Positions 25,841 to 32,000 of a stretch of 32,000 nt of DNA are shown one piece after another. Location: positions 150,001 to 182,000 of the forward strand of contig JAUIFI010000001.1 of assembly GCA_030429505.1 (NCBI GenBank), in the 5' to 3' direction. The first letter of the stretch is position 1. The number at the start of each line of letters is the position of its first letter. The DNA comes from Candidatus Saccharimonadota bacterium (GTDB lineage: Bacteria; Patescibacteriota; Gracilibacteria; UBA4473). The notes below the pieces were generated by a model, which saw only the letters and a program-made list of their open reading frames with translations, was not told where the DNA came from and ran no database searches. The translations under genes and the position numbers were made by a program.

Positions 25841-27944
25841 GCTGTAAACGTGGGATAAGAAATATAAAATGAGCTCCTTTCCCTGGTTCGCTTTCCACCC
25901 AAATCTTTCCCCCAAGCTTTTGAATAATTTTCTTTACAATCGGAAGTCCTAGCCCAGTACCATCATAAGATTTTTGTAAATAATTATCAACCTGTCCAAA
26001 TTTTTCAAACACTAATTCTTGATTTTCCTTAGCAATACCAATCCCACTATCAGCTACTTCAAATCGCACCATATCGTTTTTATCAGCCTTCTGGACGGAA
26101 ACTTTGATGCTACCACCTTTTGGCGTAAATTTATAAGCATTTCCTACCAAATTATTCATGATACGTTTTATCTTATCAGGATCTGTTTTCATTTTTGTCA
26201 TACCTTTCTCAACCTGAAGTGTCAAAGTGATCCCTTTCTGTTCACACAATAATTGAAAATTAGACAAAGCATCTTCCCTCAAAAATTGTTTGATATTCAC
26301 ATCAGAAAACTCAAAAGACATCCGTTCAGCATCCAATTTACTTAAATCTAAAATGTCATTCACAAGTTTCAGAAGCTGTCCGGTATTACGAAAAATTTTA
26401 GTCAGAAATTCCGCCTGCTTATCTGTCAGCGTACCAAATTTTCCAGACAGTAGAAAATCACTATATCCCTTAATAACAGTCATAGGAGTACGAAGTTCAT
26501 GAGAGGCTACAGATAAGAACGAGTCTTTCAGGTGATCGAGTTCTTTAAGTTTCTTATTGGAGACTTGGAGTTGTGTCTTCTGCTTACTAAGTTTTTGAGT
26601 TTTTTCTTCAACTTCTTTTTGAAGCTCAGCATTATAAATAATACTCAAAAGAGACAGCGTGATGTAATGAGAAGCTTCATCCAAAAGTTCGAGTTCATCC
26701 TTGGTATATGGATTTTCAAAAGGTTTGTGTCCGAGGACAAAAAATCCCACAATATTTTTCCCATGAAATAACGGAAAACAAACTGCGCCCAGTACAGACA
26801 GTTCCCCCAAGAATGAGCATTTTTTCTTCTGGCTTTTACATATGAATTCCATTTCTTCTTTCACGACATACTTTTTATTCCTTACAAAATATCGTATGAG
26901 CTGAGAATATTTTTTTTTCTCCTTTTCTGTCAAAAGAACTATTTTGGCAGAAGATATATTAAGTTTTTGTCGAAATACTGTTTCAATTTCTTTCTGAAAG
27001 TGAGCTAAATTAGGATAAATCTTAAGCTTACTTCGAAAAGTATCAATAACCTTTTCAAACTGGTCAAAATTAGTCAATCGAAATATTTTATGAAATACTC
27101 GTGAATTAAATAAATGTTTCAGGAAAATAAAAACTAAAACACCAATAATAAACAATGCCATTATCTGTATATCACTATTTATAGGAGCCGCTAACTGATA
27201 TATCCAGTAAAGGATGAAAAGAGCTAAAAACAGAGAAAATATATTCCTAAAAACACGGAAAAGATTTTTTTGAAAATCAAAAAATCGATATCTGATAATG
27301 GCATACGCAAAAGTAATCACTTGCCCGGAAGCAAGAATCGTTAAATAAGGTGGAACATTGATATCATAAAAAAGGAAAAAATTCGTTGATCCAAAGCTAA
27401 AGGTAATAATATCTCCAATAAGAATGTAACCAATCTGCTTCTTCTGAATACCGGACGTTTTTTGATAAAAACAAAAGAGGAGATAAAGAGAATAAAAAAT
27501 ATAAAACCCCCACGTAATAAGCCATGCACTATACATAGGACCTACATCAGCCCAATAAGTAAAATCATATTTAGGCACCATATCAGCGATAAAAAAATTG
27601 GTCGGAACAAACAATAAAAAGAAAAGCTGAGACAGATATCCAATTTGTATAATCCTCCTTTTTTGTTTTTCTATCTTCAAAATAGCACAGATAAAGTGAA
27701 AATGAGCGACAGACACAAAAATAGCTCCTGCATGAAGAATTTGAAAAGAAAGCAGAGATAACTCTTTACTGTCAGGCGTAAAAGGGAAAAAATACCCTAT
27801 CGCCCATACCGTCATAAATAGACAGAAAATAGTAAAAGTTCTGTTGATAGGATTTTCTTTATTTCGAAAATATACAATAGCCCCTGTCACCAAACATACA
27901 ATGGCATTAAAGACTGTACTTACGCCCAAAATAGTATAAATCAT
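25833..27944 (-). CDS. Sensor histidine kinase: multi-pass (about 7 TM) N-terminal sensor, GAF-like region, HisKA, HATPase_c
   Basis: H-box SVASHELRTPMT, N-box NLVGNAYKFTPKGG, G1 VADSGIGI, G2 GTGLGLPIVKKI. About 280 aa of TM helices at the N-terminus. ATG 27944 follows the tracked TTG 27947. Confidence 0.9.
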   Translation of the reverse strand: MIYTILGVSTVFNAIVCLVTGAIVYFRNKENPINRTFTIFCLFMTVWAIGYFFPFTPDSKELSLLSFQILHAGAIFVSVAHFHFICAILKIEKQKRRIIQIGYLSQLFFLLFVPTNFFIADMVPKYDFTYWADVGPMYSAWLITWGFYIFYSLYLLFCFYQKTSGIQKKQIGYILIGDIITFSFGSTNFFLFYDINVPPYLTILASGQVITFAYAIIRYRFFDFQKNLFRVFRNIFSLFLALFILYWIYQLAAPINSDIQIMALFIIGVLVFIFLKHLFNSRVFHKIFRLTNFDQFEKVIDTFRSKLKIYPNLAHFQKEIETVFRQKLNISSAKIVLLTEKEKKKYSQLIRYFVRNKKYVVKEEMEFICKSQKKKCSFLGELSVLGAVCFPLFHGKNIVGFFVLGHKPFENPYTKDELELLDEASHYITLSLLSIIYNAELQKEVEEKTQKLSKQKTQLQVSNKKLKELDHLKDSFLSVASHELRTPMTVIKGYSDFLLSGKFGTLTDKQAEFLTKIFRNTGQLLKLVNDILDLSKLDAERMSFEFSDVNIKQFLREDALSNFQLLCEQKGITLTLQVEKGMTKMKTDPDKIKRIMNNLVGNAYKFTPKGGSIKVSVQKADKNDMVRFEVADSGIGIAKENQELVFEKFGQVDNYLQKSYDGTGLGLPIVKKIIQKLGGKIWVESEPGKGAHFIFLIPRLQHA

Positions 27945-27979
27945 CAAATATTTCAGAAAAACACGAAAATATTCTTTCC

Positions 27980-28008
27980 ATTATACCTTTTTTTAGTTCT
28001 CTATACAA
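27980..28008 (-). promoter_or_regulatory. Sigma70-type promoter for the kinase/receiver pair
   Basis: The minus strand reads TTGTAT (28008-28003), a 17-nt spacer, then TATAAT (27985-27980), 35 nt upstream of the ATG at 27944. It sits in the 75-nt gap after the upstream gene. Confidence 0.6.
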
Positions 28009-28022
28009 CCTAAGATAGATTC

Positions 28023-29555
28023 TTATTCAGATAATAGTTGAATAACTACAACATACTGAGGACCTTGACCATCTCCAACAGACTGTACTTCAATTTTAAC
28101 ATTAGCAGGATTTATATCAGATTGTCCTACAGCTTGTTTAGCAATAACCTCTAAATCAGCTTTGGTTCGTGTAAAGAGATCCCAGTTAAACATGGACATC
28201 ATCGCTTCATCACTATGATGAAGCTTAAAATTCCCCCAAATGATCATCCCCCCATCCTTTACTACTACCATAAGAAATCCAATCAAAGCTTTAATCAATG
28301 TTTCCTTAGTAAGGTAGTCAGAAAGTCCTATACAAACAAGGATATCACAAAGATCAATTATACTATCTGGTTTGAGTATAAACCTCCCAATACTATTGGT
28401 ACTAAAAGTAACATTCTCTGGCCAATCATGTCTTTGGGAGGCGAAATCGCCAATGTCTTTATCACTATCCACAGAATTAAGTTGAAGTTTACTAATGTCC
28501 ATATCATATTTCTCCATAGTTTTTAATAGATCTAATTCAAGTTGTCCTGGACCACCAGCAAAGTTAGTAATCTTAGTATCGTTATTCTTTCTCTTAAGAA
28601 TAGCTTGAATTATTAACTCTTTGATATGTTCTTTTCGCAAATATACATCTCTTGCTGATAGAGTTCTGAGCATATGTTCATTCATTTTTTTACTCCCTTC
28701 TTTTCCCGGTATATAGCCATGATCATAATAGTCATACACAAATTGCATCAGATAACCTGCTCCGGCGTAATTTTTAATTCTAAACAATGATTGCCCCCAA
28801 GACGTATTCATCGACAGTAATAAACCGAAAGTAGCATATATCTCTATACATTGATCTTCAGATACAACACCATTTTTTATATCTTGGAAAAGATTATTCA
28901 TAAGTTCCATAAGCATGGAATCATCCTCTTTGTCGGGACCACCTTTTTCTACAAGACCACGGATAGGTTGAAGATACTTGGATTCAAGTACCTTATCAGA
29001 GAGAATAGTATTTTCCGGTATTCCAACAAACAAACCATTATCACCATGAAAAAACTTATTGATAACTTGAGCTCTCCTCTCCATTTCATTAAAAATTTCT
29101 GGAGAATCAAGTAACTCCATAACATTTTTTATGTCATCTGAAGAAGCATACGGAATTAGTTCTGATTCAATGACATCTCTTAGATTTTTGCCAGAATCGA
29201 TTATTTTTTTATATCTTTCGGGAGACAAAAGACGAACCAAAAGAGAATAAATCTTATCTCCATCAGGTAATGTTTCCAAAGCATTTTCTATCGAAAATCT
29301 TTCGGGTTTTATATGAGACATAAATAAAGCTTCTTGTCGCTTTAAATTTGCAAGCTCAGGATTAATCACATCTTCTACTTCAGAAGAAATTTGTAATGAC
29401 CGTGCCTCTCTATTTTCAGGTATAGCATCTGGCACAGCATGTCTATCAATATTTCCATTTGTACTATTTGTAAGAGCATATTTATCAGTATGTCCTAACC
29501 CTTGTTCTTCTTGATTCATAATTCGGTTCTTAAAATTATTATTACGCTTCCACAT
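28023..29555 (-). CDS. Hypothetical protein: about 330-aa unknown N-terminal region fused to a class I SAM-dependent methyltransferase-like domain
   Basis: 510-aa ORF (alternative ATG at 29519). Rossmann-MTase motif series ITNFAGGPGQLELDL (motif I), LNSVDSD (acidic post-I), DILVCIGLSDYL, VVKDGGMIIWGNF. Confidence 0.6.
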   Translation of the reverse strand: MWKRNNNFKNRIMNQEEQGLGHTDKYALTNSTNGNIDRHAVPDAIPENREARSLQISSEVEDVINPELANLKRQEALFMSHIKPERFSIENALETLPDGDKIYSLLVRLLSPERYKKIIDSGKNLRDVIESELIPYASSDDIKNVMELLDSPEIFNEMERRAQVINKFFHGDNGLFVGIPENTILSDKVLESKYLQPIRGLVEKGGPDKEDDSMLMELMNNLFQDIKNGVVSEDQCIEIYATFGLLLSMNTSWGQSLFRIKNYAGAGYLMQFVYDYYDHGYIPGKEGSKKMNEHMLRTLSARDVYLRKEHIKELIIQAILKRKNNDTKITNFAGGPGQLELDLLKTMEKYDMDISKLQLNSVDSDKDIGDFASQRHDWPENVTFSTNSIGRFILKPDSIIDLCDILVCIGLSDYLTKETLIKALIGFLMVVVKDGGMIIWGNFKLHHSDEAMMSMFNWDLFTRTKADLEVIAKQAVGQSDINPANVKIEVQSVGDGQGPQYVVVIQLLSE

Positions 29556-29587
29556 ATAGGAGAATAAATAACTTTTGCAAGAATAAA

Positions 29588-29616
29588 TTGATTTATTGTT
29601 AAAAATATGATAATAT
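29588..29616 (+). promoter_or_regulatory. Candidate promoter with extended -10
   Basis: TTGATT (29588-29593), 17-nt spacer ending in TGA, TAATAT (29611-29616), 31 nt upstream of the ATG at 29648. Confidence 0.45.
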
Positions 29617-29647
29617 AAAAAGATTTGTAATTCTTAATAAAAAATTA

Positions 29648-30322
29648 ATGATTAAAAATATACATCCCATTACCAAAATCGCTCTCGGACTCTTTGTCTT
29701 CGGAATGTCGCTTAATTCCGTTCTTATTTATGGAGAAGGTATTAACCCTACAAAGTATGTATCAAGGTATTTACAAGCTCAAGTAGCCCCCAGTGCAGGA
29801 GCCAGTAAAAATTTCTTTCATTCCATCTCTGGAACGGTTCGAACTCCAGGACGAGCGTATGCATTTGAAGGAACTCATTCAACCATCAACCATCCAAACT
29901 TTGAAGCAATTTTAGAAGCTCATAATACCGGTTTTCCAGGTGGACCACAATTCCGTGAAGATGGAAGTTTTAACGGATATCTTAAAGGAAGGAGATCAAC
30001 AGAACAAGCTTTTGAAGTTGCAAAGTCAAATTGGTGTGACACGGTAGGAGCTGCTTCAATGTATCGTGGCTCACGGTACTTCACAGACAAAAAAACAGAC
30101 AAAGAGACATTTCATTCGTCTGCTCCAGGAGAAAATGTTCGTTCAACCCTTGAACTTTGTAATCAGTCTGAACGAGGAAAAAATAATTATCGAAGACGAA
30201 GTTTTCAAAAATATTTAGGAGATTATTCTCTTCAAGAACAGAGAGAACACTATAATCAATACACAGAAGAACAAGACGAAAAGTGGCAAAACTCTTTGGA
30301 AGACATAGCCGAAAAACAATAA
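29648..30322 (+). CDS. Hypothetical secreted or membrane-anchored protein
   Basis: 224-aa ORF. N-terminal hydrophobic helix ITKIALGLFVFGMSLNSVLIY. Bracketed by a candidate promoter and a terminator. No recognised domain. Confidence 0.55.
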   Translation: MIKNIHPITKIALGLFVFGMSLNSVLIYGEGINPTKYVSRYLQAQVAPSAGASKNFFHSISGTVRTPGRAYAFEGTHSTINHPNFEAILEAHNTGFPGGPQFREDGSFNGYLKGRRSTEQAFEVAKSNWCDTVGAASMYRGSRYFTDKKTDKETFHSSAPGENVRSTLELCNQSERGKNNYRRRSFQKYLGDYSLQEQREHYNQYTEEQDEKWQNSLEDIAEKQ

Positions 30323-30346
30323 ACAAGAAGAAATCATAAAAATAAG

Positions 30347-30379
30347 AAAAAACCTCATGACAACAGAATGGGGTTTTTC
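30347..30379 (+). terminator. Intrinsic terminator
   Basis: AAAAACCTCAT-GACAACAGA-ATGGGGTTTTT hairpin (one G-U) followed by a T-run, 25 nt after the stop at 30322. Confidence 0.5.
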
Positions 30380-30408
30380 TTGAAAAAAGAGCTTATTTCT
30401 GTTATAAT
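30380..30408 (+). promoter_or_regulatory. Near-consensus sigma70 promoter with extended -10
   Basis: TTGAAA (30380-30385), 17-nt spacer ending in TGT, TATAAT (30403-30408), 21 nt upstream of the ATG at 30430. Confidence 0.65.
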
Positions 30409-30429
30409 GAAAAGATTATATCATTTAAT

Positions 30430-31317
30430 ATGTGGATAAATATAGCACATGCCGCAGGGGAAGCCACCAGAGAAACCACCAGAGAAGGCGTAGCTCATCT
30501 ATCACAAAGCTTTTTTCAAGCAGTCCCACTCTGGATCGCTGCTGGAATTGTTTTCTTTGTTTCATTTATTGTTGCGAGTTTTATTAAAAAGCTCGTTATA
30601 TACCGAGTAACATCACAGAATCGTCACAATTTTAATAAAGAAATAATTCTTCTTATCGATCGTTCAGTTTACTTCGGTATTGTACTGCTTGGTACCATTA
30701 TTGCGTTTAAAATAGTGGGAATTAATATCACAACCCTCATCGGTTTTCTAGGATTAGGATTGGGTTTCGCTTTTAAGGACTTACTAGCAAATTTTATTGC
30801 CGGAGTAGTTATTTTAACTCAAAAGAAATTTCAGATCGGCGATAATGTTGAAGTCGATAACATTATTGGAAAAATTGTTGAAATCGAAACAAGAACCACC
30901 CAAATCGAAGATTTTGATGGCACTCTCCATATCGTACCAAACTCAGAAATGCTGACATCAGTCGTACGAAATTTTACCAAAAATTCATTTCGCCGTATTT
31001 CTTTTGAAGTAGGCGTTCATTATGATACTTCTCTCAAAGAAGCTGTAGAACTCACTCTTGCTTCTCTCAAAAAACATCCGGAAGTAGTTGAAAAACCTGT
31101 ATCACACGTACTGGTGACCGAATTTGCAGATTCTGCTATTATACTCGAAGTGCGCTTCTGGATAGAATCACTCGCCCCCTGGCCTTTAATCCGTTCTGCC
31201 ATTATGCAGCAACTCAAAAAAGATTATGATCAAGCCAATATTACGATACCATTCCCCATCAGAACAGTTCATATTGATGCTCCAGAGCAAATCGGAATAA
31301 TGACTTCTCAAAAGTAA
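30430..31317 (+). CDS. Small-conductance mechanosensitive channel (MscS family)
   Basis: 295 aa. Three TM helices, then the pore-helix/beta-domain signature GLGFAFKDLLANFIAGVVILTQKKFQIGDNVEV...GKIVEIETRTTQIEDFDGTLHIVPNSEM. Confidence 0.9.
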   Translation: MWINIAHAAGEATRETTREGVAHLSQSFFQAVPLWIAAGIVFFVSFIVASFIKKLVIYRVTSQNRHNFNKEIILLIDRSVYFGIVLLGTIIAFKIVGINITTLIGFLGLGLGFAFKDLLANFIAGVVILTQKKFQIGDNVEVDNIIGKIVEIETRTTQIEDFDGTLHIVPNSEMLTSVVRNFTKNSFRRISFEVGVHYDTSLKEAVELTLASLKKHPEVVEKPVSHVLVTEFADSAIILEVRFWIESLAPWPLIRSAIMQQLKKDYDQANITIPFPIRTVHIDAPEQIGIMTSQK

Positions 31318-31400
31318 ATATTTCCTCAAAAAAAAGACTAAAAAATTTGATTTCATAAAAAGATATGGTACAAAAAGGATGTTCTATCTTTTTTAGATCT

Positions 31401-31787
31401 ATGAAGAAATTTTTACTAGCATTTTCGGTTCTTGTTCCAACTCTTGCCTTTGCCGGTGGATCCGGAAAAGATATATCAGATTTCTCTATTAGCAATATTC
31501 GTACTTCTAATACAAGCGAAATCATGGAAGTGGAAACACTCACGAATACACAAGGAGACATTTATACAAGAAGAAAGAACTTTTCTTCCGCCTCAAGATT
31601 AAAAGACGAATTACTACAAGGTGATGAAGATTTCGAAAATAGACAAGTGAGAGTTTATAATCCAGAGCGACGTCTGTCATCAAATACTGTTGTCAATCGG
31701 GAAATTTCAAGCCAGAACATAGTCGATCAACAACAGAGATTCGCTAACAAAAAACTGGCGCGTTTTAGATTTCTAAGAGGACGTTAG
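31401..31787 (+). CDS. Small hypothetical secreted protein
   Basis: The internal ATG at 31401 gives a classic signal peptide MKKFLLAFSVLVPTLAFA/GG. The tracked ORF starts at 31365. No recognised domain. Confidence 0.5.
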   Translation: MKKFLLAFSVLVPTLAFAGGSGKDISDFSISNIRTSNTSEIMEVETLTNTQGDIYTRRKNFSSASRLKDELLQGDEDFENRQVRVYNPERRLSSNTVVNREISSQNIVDQQQRFANKKLARFRFLRGR

Positions 31788-31816
31788 ATTAGGTCGAATA
31801 TCGAAAAAACCTAAAG

Positions 31817-32000
31817 TCATGACTCCTTCTCGTAATTGAGAAGCCATTGTTTAATATCCAAACCCCAAGCATACCCTCCGAGTCCTCCATTCGAGTGAAG
31901 CACTCTGTGACAAGGGATAATGAGTGGTAATCGGTTTTTTCGCATAATATTCCCCACAGCTCGAGCGGCTCTAGGCGAACCAGCTTTTTCAGCTAGTTTT
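31817..32000 (-). CDS. ogt: Methylated-DNA--protein-cysteine methyltransferase (Ogt/MGMT), C-terminal part only (5' end beyond window)
   Basis: My minus-strand translation: ...[60 protein letters not shown], containing the PCHRV active-site motif. The stop TGA is at 31819-31817. Confidence 0.85.
   Translation of the reverse strand, partial: KLAEKAGSPRAARAVGNIMRKNRLPLIIPCHRVLHSNGGLGGYAWGLDIKQWLLNYEKES

Noticed and set aside
25841-25915. N-terminal extension of the response-regulator ORF (MGERFGWKANQGKELILYFLSHVYS)
   Set aside because: It lies within the 3' end of the kinase gene. The receiver domain begins right at the internal ATG (25840), which forms a typical ATGCATGA overlap with the kinase stop.
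31789-31814. TTAGGTCGA-ATA-TCGA-AAAA-ACCTAA hairpin between the convergent small secreted-protein gene and ogt
   Set aside because: The pairing is imperfect and no trailing U-tract exists in either orientation. The support is insufficient for a terminator call.
1-32000. Alternative genetic code (UGA recoded, as in some candidate-phylum bacteria)
   Set aside because: Long conserved ORFs are uninterrupted under the standard code. TGA terminates atpE, ruvB, pyrG and ogt at positions consistent with normal protein lengths.
1-32000. CRISPR arrays, tRNA/rRNA genes, IS elements, integrases, prophage or recognisable defence-system genes
   Set aside because: I found no spaced direct repeats, no tRNA-like T-arm/acceptor patterns in the short (<340 nt) AT-rich intergenic gaps, and no transposase, integrase, nuclease or helicase defence-type ORFs. 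Absence is judged by eye only.

Overview
Densely coding (about 90%), AT-rich bacterial window with 27 protein-coding genes. I found no rRNA, tRNA, CRISPR array, transposase/integrase or long DNA repeat. Bacterial markers (ruvB, pyrG, an S1 protein, ylxR, an Lgt-family gene, a histidine kinase/receiver pair, sigma70-type TTGACA-N17-TATAAT promoters) sit next to the first five genes of an archaeal-order A/V-type ATPase operon (H-I-K-E-C, minus strand, 1-4218). All three standard stop codons terminate conserved proteins at the expected ends, so the standard code is in use. Shine-Dalgarno motifs are absent from most genes. The gene content and many orphan genes suggest an uncultivated, small-genome bacterium, but that is inference only. 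I cannot name a defence island or mobile element. The novelty candidates are protein architectures and gene contexts: (1) a membrane protein fusing an HTTM (gamma-carboxylase/SdpB-like) domain to a DCC-type CxxC redox domain, flanked by a TPR protein and an ABC exporter; (2) a roughly 1020-aa TPM(YgcG-like) protein with about 750 aa of helical repeats inserted before its Gly/Ser tail; (3) an atypical kinase-fold protein downstream of rpsA-ylxR where infB normally sits; (4) a membrane protein with two PilC/GspF-N-terminus-like modules; (5) an Lgt-family protein lacking canonical catalytic residues; (6) an O2-dependent Delta9 desaturase with a strong SD and an upstream 10-bp inverted repeat; (7) an orphan methyltransferase-fusion gene upstream of the kinase/receiver pair. 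All functional calls come from by-eye motif recognition and need HMM or structure confirmation.
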